A stretch of DNA of 64,000 nucleotides. Source: Fimbriimonadia bacterium. GTDB lineage: Bacteria; Armatimonadota; Fimbriimonadia; Fimbriimonadales; JABRVX01. The translations under genes were made by a program, and so were the position numbers. Below the pieces are notes generated by a model, which saw only the letters and a program-made list of their open reading frames with translations, was not told where the DNA came from and made no database searches. Below are positions 28,845 through 37,815 of this stretch, in pieces (position 1 is the stretch's first letter; the number at the start of each line of letters is the position of its first letter). The stretch lies in NCBI GenBank assembly GCA_041483895.1, contig JBGPGO010000001.1, positions 288,001-352,000 of the forward strand, read 5' to 3'.

Positions 28845-29858
28845 ATGCTGCCCTTAATCCTCGCGATTTCGCTTGGTGCCGCGGATTTGCCCTTCACGGA
28901 CTTCCCGATCGGCGCCTCTCTTCCCCCTGCCGCCACGAAGGACGGGTACGCCATCTATCGGATGGCGGGGTTCAATCTCCTGGAGCTGCCCGCGTTGGAT
29001 TCGCAATCGGGCGCGATCAAGCTCGCCGTGGAAGCCCATCTGTCCGTCATTTTGGCCTACCCGGACATCCACCGCTACAAAGAGACGCCGGCAGATTGGG
29101 TGAAGTTCGCTGAACAGTTCCCAAACGTCGTTGGATGGCGATTGCGGCCCGGCTCCAAGGCGGCGGCGGACTTGGCGAAGATTGACCCTGGACGGCTGAT
29201 TTGCCCGGAGACGAGGCCACGGGCACCGTTTCTGTATAAAGGTGGCATGGAGGCGGACGGCCGCGCGCCCGCCGGTCTTGGGGCCGTCGGGGGCGCATTC
29301 TGGGGCCTGGTGCAATCGGCGGGATACGACGGCTTCCGAACGCCGTCGGAAAGCGATCTGTTTTGGCAGGTGAATACGCTCCTGTCCAACAGCGCGAAGG
29401 GGCTTTGGTATCAAGCCTATATGGTGCCGAAAAGCGACACTGACGAATATAAGCATTGGTATCGCGGTTGGGACGAGGCGCTCTACAACCCGGAGAACGA
29501 CCAAACGATGCCATTGCATGCTTTCGTCGAACGCGTCAACGCAGAGGCGGCGATGATGGGGCGGGTTCTGATGAATGCCAGCCGAGCGGCAAGTCCATCC
29601 GTCCAAGTGGAATTGCCGGGTCGAGTTGTGGAGTTTTCGGGGAAGGATGGGAATCGGTATCTGCTGGTCATGAACGATCTTCATGGCGAAAAGGATGCCT
29701 GCGTAGACCTGGAGAGGGAAATCGCCGTCACGATCGAACGGGGTGAGCGCTTGAACATGCAGAACAGCAAATGGGAGGCGGTCCAGGTCAAGAACGGCCA
29801 TTGGACCGTTCGATTGGGTGGCGGATGCGGGGTACTATTGCGTCTGCCCGCAAAATAG
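28845..29858 (+). CDS. Hypothetical secreted protein (possibly glycoside-hydrolase-like)
   Basis: Signal-like MLPLILAISLGA; TGcTACAAT 6 nt before the ATG. Confidence 0.65.
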   Translation: MLPLILAISLGAADLPFTDFPIGASLPPAATKDGYAIYRMAGFNLLELPALDSQSGAIKLAVEAHLSVILAYPDIHRYKETPADWVKFAEQFPNVVGWRLRPGSKAAADLAKIDPGRLICPETRPRAPFLYKGGMEADGRAPAGLGAVGGAFWGLVQSAGYDGFRTPSESDLFWQVNTLLSNSAKGLWYQAYMVPKSDTDEYKHWYRGWDEALYNPENDQTMPLHAFVERVNAEAAMMGRVLMNASRAASPSVQVELPGRVVEFSGKDGNRYLLVMNDLHGEKDACVDLEREIAVTIERGERLNMQNSKWEAVQVKNGHWTVRLGGGCGVLLRLPAK

Positions 29859-29941
29859 GCGGGTATTTATCGGCGCTCATGACACCTCTTTGAATCCACA
29901 GCGTCGAAGACATCAAACCACACACGGAGGCGAGCTTCTTT

Positions 29942-30289
29942 ATGAACAGAGGGATAATTGCCGCGGTAACAGCCGCAATTGCCGCCATCATTATCGCCCA
30001 AACCGCGCCGGAGGCCGGCAAACCGGCCAACGGCAAGAAGCTGTTCGAAAAGTTCGGTTGCATCGGTTGCCACATGGTCGGGAATAAAGGCGGCAAGACA
30101 GGCCCGCTCTTGAGCACCGTCGGCTCCAAGCACGACGCGGTCTGGTTTGACAAGAAGCTCACAAATCCAAAGGAATTCAATCCGAACTCCATCATGCCGG
30201 CCCTTAGCAACAAGGTCGCGAAGAAGGACAGGACCGACCTCATCGCGTTTCTGGCTTCCCTCAAGGAACCCGCGCCGCGAAGCCGGTAG
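29942..30289 (+). CDS. Monoheme class I cytochrome c
   Basis: Signal peptide, CIGCH, GPLL and SIMP. Confidence 0.92.
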   Translation: MNRGIIAAVTAAIAAIIIAQTAPEAGKPANGKKLFEKFGCIGCHMVGNKGGKTGPLLSTVGSKHDAVWFDKKLTNPKEFNPNSIMPALSNKVAKKDRTDLIAFLASLKEPAPRSR

Positions 30290-30321
30290 CCGCACGCTTC
30301 AGCTTGCGATAACCCGATAGC

Positions 30322-31332
30322 CTATTGGGCGCCGACCTCGCCGAAGTAGATGAATGTCAGCGTTAAATCTAACAGATTGACCTGTCCACTGCCGTCCAGG
30401 TCGACCCAACCGCCATCCGTTGATGCGTAGTTGATAAAGACGCTGTTGACGTCCCTGATGTCGATCACATTGGTTCCGTCGGTATCCCCGTTGCGGCCCA
30501 AATCCCAATCCAACTGGGTTGCGGCGGACAGGGAAACTCCGGTCTGCTTCTCCGAAAGCCAATGAGCCACTTTGAGAACAACATCGTGAGTGCCAATGTT
30601 CCTGGTTGAGAAGGTGTAGGAGCCATCGGCCGCCAACGGCGCATCGATATGTTCGATGACATTGCCATTGTCCTTGATGTCGATGGAGGCGGTCAGACCG
30701 GCATCAGTCCCCTTGGACCAATACTCAAGATTCACTTTGCCGTTGACTGTGGCTACATCGCCGACCCACTCGCAGATGCACCGAATGACAAAGTCGCCAG
30801 CGATTCCGAACATGCAGCCGTTCGTCCAACCCCCAGGGATGGCATAGATCAGGTTCTTGCCCACCTGGCAACCATCCGTGTCGGTGACAAGGCTCGGACC
30901 TCCCGCTGCAATGTCGGGCGGATTGAGGAATTTGAGGCCAATGGAGAACGGTCCCTTGTTGACCACGATGTTCTCCGTCGTCACGTCAAATTCGTTGAGG
31001 TAGCCGTCATGCAGGACCGGACTGTCGAGCTGCTTGAGGAGGATGGGTTTTGGTGGATTCTCGTTACCGCCTGTGTAGACAAGAATGGAATCCTGCTCGA
31101 CATCGGCTCCTTGCAGGCTGGCGGAAGCCCACATGATCTGGATCCTCTTAATTCTTAGGGGGAAATAGCCGGCCGGCGGATTGAAAACCGCCCCGCCAAT
31201 CTCGCCCGCGACAAACCCCAATTGAATGGCCACAGTACCGCCATCGACCAAGCTGTCATTTTTCAGCTCGAACTCTTGGCCGTATCCGGACAAAGCCGGG
31301 CAAATGAATGAGATGAATAATAGCTTACGCAT
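30322..31332 (-). CDS. Secreted protein with C-terminal dockerin-like/EF-hand domain
   Basis: Signal MRKLLFISF; NGDTDGTNVIDIRD and DLDGSGQVNLLD. Confidence 0.75.
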   Translation of the reverse strand: MRKLLFISFICPALSGYGQEFELKNDSLVDGGTVAIQLGFVAGEIGGAVFNPPAGYFPLRIKRIQIMWASASLQGADVEQDSILVYTGGNENPPKPILLKQLDSPVLHDGYLNEFDVTTENIVVNKGPFSIGLKFLNPPDIAAGGPSLVTDTDGCQVGKNLIYAIPGGWTNGCMFGIAGDFVIRCICEWVGDVATVNGKVNLEYWSKGTDAGLTASIDIKDNGNVIEHIDAPLAADGSYTFSTRNIGTHDVVLKVAHWLSEKQTGVSLSAATQLDWDLGRNGDTDGTNVIDIRDVNSVFINYASTDGGWVDLDGSGQVNLLDLTLTFIYFGEVGAQ

Positions 31333-31417
31333 AGAGGCTCCTTCACGCACACCATTAGTGTACAGCAACTTCTCTATTTTGGACAGTCCCCAAAGCCCCT
31401 AGGTTCCGATCCGGATG

Positions 31418-32386
31418 CTATTCTCCCTTATTTGGCGCCGGCGCCTGCGGCCGCATCATGCCCTTTGCCGCCGCCTGAAGCCCCATAATGCCGCCCAGAC
31501 CCATTGTCTCCACCGCGGAGCTGGGCACCACGATGAGAGCGCCTTTCTCCTTCAGGCCCTCGTAAAGCATGTTCATCGCCCGCAGGTGCAGTGCCATCGG
31601 ATTCTCCTCGTACATTTTGCCGGCTTCAATAAAACTGTCCGCGACTTGGCGCTCGGCATCGCCCAAAATGACGCGGGCTTGTCGCTCCCGCTCGGCCTGG
31701 GCCTGGCGGGACATGGCATCTTGCAATCCACTTGGGATGGAGATGTCTCGCACCTCGACGCTTTGAACGGTGATGCCCCAGGGTTCGGTTTCCTTGTCAA
31801 TCATGACCTGGAGGCGGTCCCCTATCTGCTTTCGGCCAACCAAAAGCTCGGAGAGCATGGTCTCGCCGATCACGTCGCGGAGGTTGGTTTGGGACTTATA
31901 GAAGATCGCGCGCTGGTAGTCGTTGACCTCCAGCACTGCCTTTTCCGCGTCCCACACGTGCCAGAACAGGACGGCATCGACATCCACCGGGACTGTGTCT
32001 TTGGTGAGTGTCTGCTCGGAGTTTATGGTTGTGGTTTGCACCCGCTGATCGACCCATTGCGTCACCTGATCGACGAACGGCATCACCCAGAAGATGCCTT
32101 GGGAGTGGGTCTTTTTGAATTTGCCAAATCGGAGTACGACAGCCTTCTCCCAAGCCGACGCCACGCGGAGACCGCTTGTGAGGAAGAAAGCGAGAAAGGC
32201 GGTCAAGACCGCCGGCCATAAGCCAATCGGGTTAAACACCGTTCCCATCCCGGTAATAACGATGGCAAAGGCGGCAACGGTGGCCACGACGCCAAGAAAG
32301 CTGAAAACCACCTGGATCGGATGGGGAGTGTGCGACCCCGAGGGCGCCTGCATGAGCGCGCTGTACTGCTGTTTTTGTGTAATCAA
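31418..32386 (-). CDS. SPFH/stomatin-like (slipin) protein
   Basis: WEKAVVLRFG, LTKDTVPVDVDAV, AMSRQAQAERERQA and ALHLR. Confidence 0.92.
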   Translation of the reverse strand: MITQKQQYSALMQAPSGSHTPHPIQVVFSFLGVVATVAAFAIVITGMGTVFNPIGLWPAVLTAFLAFFLTSGLRVASAWEKAVVLRFGKFKKTHSQGIFWVMPFVDQVTQWVDQRVQTTTINSEQTLTKDTVPVDVDAVLFWHVWDAEKAVLEVNDYQRAIFYKSQTNLRDVIGETMLSELLVGRKQIGDRLQVMIDKETEPWGITVQSVEVRDISIPSGLQDAMSRQAQAERERQARVILGDAERQVADSFIEAGKMYEENPMALHLRAMNMLYEGLKEKGALIVVPSSAVETMGLGGIMGLQAAAKGMMRPQAPAPNKGE

Positions 32387-32763
32387 CTCAATCCTCCATT
32401 TCCCAATTCGCGGATGACCGCGATCAAATCCTCTTGCGAATAGCCCAAAGACACGGCTTCCATGAGGGCCGTCTCGCCCACACCGATCAGTTGCCGCTTT
32501 TGCCGCTCCCCTGGCTTCTGTTTCGGCATGCCTCCGACAAATGTCCCTACGCCCTGCCTGCTGACGATGTAGCCGGTCTGATCTAGCTCCCGAAACGCCC
32601 GCGCAACTGTATTTGCATTGATCTTGAGATCGATGGCAAATTGGCGGACCGTCGGGAGCCGCTCGCCAGTCTGCAGCCTACCTGTTAAAATGGCGAGGCG
32701 CAATTGATTGACGATCTGGGCATAGAGCGGCAGCGGTGCGTCGGGGCAGATTTCGATCTTCAT
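32383..32763 (-). CDS. GntR (YtrA subfamily) transcriptional regulator
   Basis: PLYAQI, GERLPTVRQ, INANTVARAF and GVGTFV; short C-terminus. Confidence 0.92.
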   Translation of the reverse strand: MKIEICPDAPLPLYAQIVNQLRLAILTGRLQTGERLPTVRQFAIDLKINANTVARAFRELDQTGYIVSRQGVGTFVGGMPKQKPGERQKRQLIGVGETALMEAVSLGYSQEDLIAVIRELGNGGLS

Positions 32764-32768
32764 GGCTT

Positions 32769-32788
32769 TGTTCTACATAGGCAATACA
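32769..32788. promoter_or_regulatory. Putative YtrA-type operator over the GntR promoter
   Basis: Imperfect palindrome TGTTCTA-catagg-CAATACA just upstream of the GntR start. Confidence 0.5.
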
Positions 32789-32866
32789 ATTTTCACGGCC
32801 GACAGGTTGCGATTGCGGGGTGGAGGTAAAATTCAGGTTGCAAATTCTGTTAGGAGAGACCTACCC

Positions 32867-34411
32867 ATGCTCACCCCATACCGCCCGGAACCCTATCCAG
32901 ACTTCACTCAGCCCGAGCCGCAGGCCAAGATGCAGGAGGCGCTGGCGCTCGTCCAATCGCAGTTAGGAAAGGAATATCCGAACTGGATCGGCGGCCGCCA
33001 GGTCACCGCGTCGGAGAAGCTGCGATCGACCAACCCCGCAAAGCCGGACCAGCTGATCGGCATCTTCCCACGCATGGATGCGGATATGGCGACGCAGGCC
33101 GTGGAAGCGGCGGCGGCGGCCTATGAGACCTGGAGCCGGTTCCCTTACGACGCGCGGGCCAAGGTGCTTTTGAAGTGCGCCGCCATCATGCGCCGGCGGA
33201 TTTACGAGTTGTCCGCGTGGATGGTGTTCGAGGCGAGCAAGTCGTTTGCGGAAGCCTTTGGGGATGCGGCGGAGGCGGTGGACTTTGCCGATTGGTATGG
33301 GAGGGAGATGTTGCGATTGGGCGGACCGCAGCCGGTAGTTCCCATTCAAGGCGAGGACAGCGAAATGCGATACGTCCCGCTCGGGGTGGGGGTGGTGATT
33401 TCGCCGTGGAACTTCCCGCTCGCGATCATGTCCGGCATGTCGAATGCGGCCATCGTATGCGGCAACACCATTTGCGTGAAGCCTTCGGAGCAGACACCGA
33501 CCATCGCCTACAAATACGTGGAGATTATGCATGATGCGGGCTGCCCGCCGGACGTTCTCAACTTCATCACCGGGCCGGGGCGAATCGTCGGCAACACCAT
33601 GGTCAATCATCCGAAGACTCGCTTCATCGCGTTCACCGGATCGATGGAGGTGGGGCTGCAGATCAACGAGCAGGCCGCCAAGCCAAACCCGGAATGCAAG
33701 TGGATCAAGCGGACGATTTTGGAGATGGGAGGCAAGGATTTTGTTGCCGTGGACGAGACGGCTGACGTTGAAGAGGCGGCGACCGCCATCGTCCAGTCCG
33801 CGTTTGGGTTCCAGGGACAGAAGTGCTCGGCGGGCTCGCGCGCGATCATTCACAAGGATGTGTATGACAGGGTGGTGTCGATGGCGGTGGAGAAGGCGAG
33901 CAGGCTGACGATGGGCGATCCGGCGACCGGCAAGACGCTGGGGGCGGTGATCGACCAGGGGGCATACGACAAGATTTGGGGCTACATCGAGATTGGCAAA
34001 TCCGAGGGCAAACTGCTGCTTGGCGGAGAGAAGCCGGGAGGACCGGGTTATTTTATTCCGCCGACCATCTTTGGCGACGTGAGCCCGACGGCCCGGATTG
34101 CGCAGGAAGAGATTTTTGGACCGGTGCTTTCATGCATCAAGGCCAACGATTTTGAGGACATTATCAAGATCGCGAATGGAACGATGTTCGGTCTGACCGG
34201 CGCTCTGTTTTCCAAGAGTCGGGAGAGGTTGGAGAGAGGGCGGAATGAGCTGTTTTGCGGAAACCTGTATTTGAATCGGAAGTGCACCGGGGCGTTGGTT
34301 GGTGTGCAGCCGTTTGGTGGGTTCAATATGTCCGGCACGGACAGCAAGGCCGGCGGCCCGGACTACCTTCTGCTCTTCACCCAGGCCAAATCGATCAGCG
34401 AAAGGCTGTAG
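32867..34411 (+). CDS. rocA: L-glutamate gamma-semialdehyde (P5C) dehydrogenase
   Basis: PWNFP, FTGS, LEMGGK, AFGFQGQKCSA and PFGGFNMSGTDSKAGGPDYL. Confidence 0.92.
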   Translation: MLTPYRPEPYPDFTQPEPQAKMQEALALVQSQLGKEYPNWIGGRQVTASEKLRSTNPAKPDQLIGIFPRMDADMATQAVEAAAAAYETWSRFPYDARAKVLLKCAAIMRRRIYELSAWMVFEASKSFAEAFGDAAEAVDFADWYGREMLRLGGPQPVVPIQGEDSEMRYVPLGVGVVISPWNFPLAIMSGMSNAAIVCGNTICVKPSEQTPTIAYKYVEIMHDAGCPPDVLNFITGPGRIVGNTMVNHPKTRFIAFTGSMEVGLQINEQAAKPNPECKWIKRTILEMGGKDFVAVDETADVEEAATAIVQSAFGFQGQKCSAGSRAIIHKDVYDRVVSMAVEKASRLTMGDPATGKTLGAVIDQGAYDKIWGYIEIGKSEGKLLLGGEKPGGPGYFIPPTIFGDVSPTARIAQEEIFGPVLSCIKANDFEDIIKIANGTMFGLTGALFSKSRERLERGRNELFCGNLYLNRKCTGALVGVQPFGGFNMSGTDSKAGGPDYLLLFTQAKSISERL

Positions 34412-34419
34412 TTTCGGGC

Positions 34420-34445
34420 CCCTTCACAATGGGAATTGTGAAGGG
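34420..34445. terminator. 11-bp stem hairpin after rocA
   Basis: cccttcacaat-ggga-attgtgaaggg. Confidence 0.6.
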
Positions 34446-34456
34446 AGATTCGCATG

Positions 34457-34620
34457 GTAGCCGCGGTTCCTCACAGCGATATCCGTTCGAGCGCATACCA
34501 CAAGAACCGCGCAACCACGGCGCAATCGACGATATCAACGCGCGTCATCATTTCCGACCGTGTTACGCAGATTTTGGCGGCAGCATGCGAAAGGGAATCA
34601 GAATGAGAATCTGCGGCTAC
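34457..34620. repeat. 164-bp GTAG-terminated REPIN/MITE-like element, copy 2
   Basis: gtagccgcggttcctca ... tgagaatctgcggctac; the arms align with 17700..17865. Confidence 0.78.
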
Positions 34621-34665
34621 AGAGTGACTCGTCCCGAAGGGCGGGATCGGCGGGGCGGAACGGCA

Positions 34666-36540
34666 TCAAGACGATTGGGGAAAAGTGACGGCAACGCGCA
34701 TATCGTCCACGGGCCAAGGATAATCTTCCGTCGGCACCGGATTTGTGAGCATCTGCACGGTGGCGTGGGTCATGGCCACGCCACCGGGCGGGCACACCTT
34801 TTCCACGTGCGCCGCGATGTCAATGACCTGAGAAAAGCTAACTCCTTGCGCCTCCCCGGAAACGGAACCGGAATGGATGCCGATGCGCAACTTGAACGGC
34901 TCATCCAGCGTGTTCTGTCGCTCATTGAACTCGGCCAATCCCTGCTGAATGGCGAGGCCCGCTGCAAGTGCGTGATCCGGCTCCGGAAACGCGGCGATGG
35001 CGCCATCCCCGGCTGTGGAATGGATGACCCCATTGTTCCCGATCACTCTGTTGGCAATGTATCGATGGAATTCCGTAAACGAATACTCCACAGCGAGCGG
35101 GTCCGCGCCCTCTTTCAACTTCGTCGAACCCACAACATCGATCGACATGAAGATGGCGTTGCTGCTGCCTCGGTTGAGGGAAGAGCGCAGCTGTTCCAGC
35201 TCGTCCGTCAGCACCTTTTTGTCGTTTGCGGCCAGCCGCCGCTCGCGCTCCAGATTCTGCGCGTGCAGACCGGTGAGCGTTCCGGCCAGCAACGGCACGC
35301 CGGCAATGAGCAGCGACCACACGAAGTTAGCTCCGAGATGAGCCATGAGACCGGCGGCATTCGGAACGGACGCGAGTCCGTCCGCTTTTGGCGAGAACAA
35401 CGCTCCAACAACGTGCTGGGGAAGGTCTCCCAGCCCGCACATTACCGCCATCAAGAGACCGGTTTTGAGGCGGCCAACCAATGTGCCGAGGCTGAAGAGG
35501 AATAGGATGGCGGAACTTTGTATCAGGAGGAACAGCAAGGACTGAACCATGGCCAGCGTGCGACTATCGTGGCCCAGCCACTGCGCCCAGACCAAATTGA
35601 TCCCTAGCTGCAAGAAGCCGAATGCAACGGCGAACAAGAGCGCGGTGAGCCATAGCCGGGAACTGAAGAAAATCGCCCGTGGACTTTCTTTTGAAAAAAT
35701 GGTCCAGCTAATCGGCTCCTTTCCGGATTCCACGATTGGAGTCGGCGCCGCTTGACCGTTCTCTGTGCCTTCCAAACGTGTCGTCAACTCGAATACGCGG
35801 CGAATCAGTGTTTGGCGGTCGGCCTCTCGCTCGGCTTTCAACCGGCGGGAGGTCTCCGCGTAGGCTCCGGCTGTGGCGGCAAACCCGAACACGGTACCCA
35901 AGATCATGAACGCGGTTGCATAGGCGAGAACCAGGAGGAGGACGACATCCAGTGGAGATGCGATTGAATGCGATCGGACGGTCAGCGCTGCGATGAGAAT
36001 TGGCAACAGGATTACGATCGGGACTGCCGAGCCCGCCGCCGCCAACCGAAACGCGAGGCGGATGTTCGCGCTCCGATAGATAAGGCCGCCCTGCAGGAAG
36101 GCATATCCCGCCGCGATGAGGATGAGCATGGCGGTGCTGGCGATCTCCGCGGCCATCCCCGAATGAGACAGGAGGAAGGTCATAAGGGCGAGCATCACAA
36201 ACAGCACGCTGCAAACGATCAGATAGACGACGGTGAACAGAAGGCTTATCAGATACGGGTGTTTGGGGAAGAAGCGATAGAGGAAGTTGATGGGCAACGT
36301 CACCAACGCTTTCATCGCCTGGCCAAACGTTGGCCCTCTTCGATGGCTCGTCTTCTTGCCCTCGTGTTCGAATCGCAGCTTTACCGCGCTGCGCACCGTG
36401 CGGATATCGAGACCCGTCTCTTTGCTCAGATCCCGAATCTCAGCCGCGGTAGGGCGTACGCTGCGCCGCTCCAGCTCGGCGGCAAGCTGCAGCCAAGGGC
36501 TTAGAGACCCCCGCGGTTGTGTGCTCGAAAACTCTGTCAA
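34666..36540 (-). CDS. Multi-TM class III nucleotidyl cyclase with atypical active site
   Basis: SIDVVGST, AGDGAIA and LRIGIHSG; two hydrophobic blocks. Confidence 0.85.
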   Translation of the reverse strand: MTEFSSTQPRGSLSPWLQLAAELERRSVRPTAAEIRDLSKETGLDIRTVRSAVKLRFEHEGKKTSHRRGPTFGQAMKALVTLPINFLYRFFPKHPYLISLLFTVVYLIVCSVLFVMLALMTFLLSHSGMAAEIASTAMLILIAAGYAFLQGGLIYRSANIRLAFRLAAAGSAVPIVILLPILIAALTVRSHSIASPLDVVLLLVLAYATAFMILGTVFGFAATAGAYAETSRRLKAEREADRQTLIRRVFELTTRLEGTENGQAAPTPIVESGKEPISWTIFSKESPRAIFFSSRLWLTALLFAVAFGFLQLGINLVWAQWLGHDSRTLAMVQSLLFLLIQSSAILFLFSLGTLVGRLKTGLLMAVMCGLGDLPQHVVGALFSPKADGLASVPNAAGLMAHLGANFVWSLLIAGVPLLAGTLTGLHAQNLERERRLAANDKKVLTDELEQLRSSLNRGSSNAIFMSIDVVGSTKLKEGADPLAVEYSFTEFHRYIANRVIGNNGVIHSTAGDGAIAAFPEPDHALAAGLAIQQGLAEFNERQNTLDEPFKLRIGIHSGSVSGEAQGVSFSQVIDIAAHVEKVCPPGGVAMTHATVQMLTNPVPTEDYPWPVDDMRVAVTFPQSS

Positions 36541-36650
36541 TTCCTAATCCCGTTCCTCATACGATTGACGCGGCCAATTGGTTTACCGGCCGGTTCAGTA
36601 TAAAGCTATACTGGTTCGATTCGCAACGGCTGAATGAGGGGGTTTCTCGC

Positions 36651-37811
36651 ATGTGGTCCTTTCTTTTGGTAGCGGCGCTGGTTCAGCAGGGGCAAAAGCC
36701 CGGCCCGATATTTCAACAGGTGATCCCGAATCCTACCGGGGAGAACGGATACGAGGAGTTCGTTATGGCGGCGGAGATGGTGACGAATAGCCGAGAATTT
36801 CAGATGACGCAGGATGTTGAGAACGGCCCCATCACCCTGAAGCAGAAACGCGCGGCTGTGACCGCGAACAAGAAAGCCCTGGACCTCCTGCGGTTTGGCC
36901 TACAAAAGAAGTCGTTTCAACCCAGGACAGAAATGACTGCGGCGACGCTGCTGCCGGAATTCGCCCAGTTTCGCAACATGGCCCGGATGTTGGCGATGGA
37001 GCAACAGGTGTTTTTGGCTGATGGGAGCCTTCCCTTGGCCCTCGACAGCCTTCGCGACGGCCTGCTCTTTTCACACCGCTTCCAAAGCCACATCCTGATT
37101 GGAGGCCTCGTTGGCTTGGCGTGCACCTCAATCATCATGCGGCCGATCTCGTTGCATTTGGAGCAGTTGGATTACCAGCACTGCAATCGGTTAATCGAAC
37201 ACGTCAAGACTGTCCTGGAAGAACCGAGTCCGGAACTGAGCCTAGTCGAAGGGGAGGCGAAGTTTGCGGACGAGGAATTGTCCGATCCCAAAACGCTTTT
37301 GGAGAATTTGCCATATTTGGCTGGGCCCGAGGAGGTTTCGCTCCGCAAGGCCGCCGAGGCCGGACCAGAGTATTTCGAGCAAGAAGCTGGCCGAGCCCGC
37401 TTGATTGCCCGGGATTATTTCGCCACGATCCGAGCGGAACTGGGCAAATCGATTTGGGAGCGGAACATTCCCGCCATGTCCGCGGCTGAAAACGACCCGT
37501 TGGCCAACCAGATCGCCGCCATGTTTCTGCCCGCATTTACAGTCGCGTTTTCCCGATTCGCGGAGTCCGATGCAAGGGTGAGGCTGCTCGCCACCCACGC
37601 CGGCATTCTCGCGCACCGGTGGTGGTTCGGGGAGCTGCCAAGCAGTTTGGATGTATTGAAACTGGGCGATCTGGCGATCGATCCGTTCAGCGGCAAGCCG
37701 TTCGTCTATAAACCGAGTGGGTGGAATTACAAACTATATTCCGTCGGGGCAGACAAAACGGATAACGACGGCAACGACGATCTGTTTTTGACCCGCGAAG
37801 GGATACGATAG
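36651..37811 (+). CDS. Hypothetical secreted protein with GspG-like C-terminal motif (paralogue of 8310..9632)
   Basis: PEFAQFRNMAR, LIGGLVGLA and DPFSGKPFVY..LYSVGADKTDNDG. Confidence 0.75.
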   Translation: MWSFLLVAALVQQGQKPGPIFQQVIPNPTGENGYEEFVMAAEMVTNSREFQMTQDVENGPITLKQKRAAVTANKKALDLLRFGLQKKSFQPRTEMTAATLLPEFAQFRNMARMLAMEQQVFLADGSLPLALDSLRDGLLFSHRFQSHILIGGLVGLACTSIIMRPISLHLEQLDYQHCNRLIEHVKTVLEEPSPELSLVEGEAKFADEELSDPKTLLENLPYLAGPEEVSLRKAAEAGPEYFEQEAGRARLIARDYFATIRAELGKSIWERNIPAMSAAENDPLANQIAAMFLPAFTVAFSRFAESDARVRLLATHAGILAHRWWFGELPSSLDVLKLGDLAIDPFSGKPFVYKPSGWNYKLYSVGADKTDNDGNDDLFLTREGIR

Positions 37812-37815
37812 AGAT

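Noticed and set aside
34666..36540. Pycsar/CBASS-type defence cyclase
   Set aside because: No adjacent effector gene; the membrane-sensor architecture and ordinary composition argue against it.
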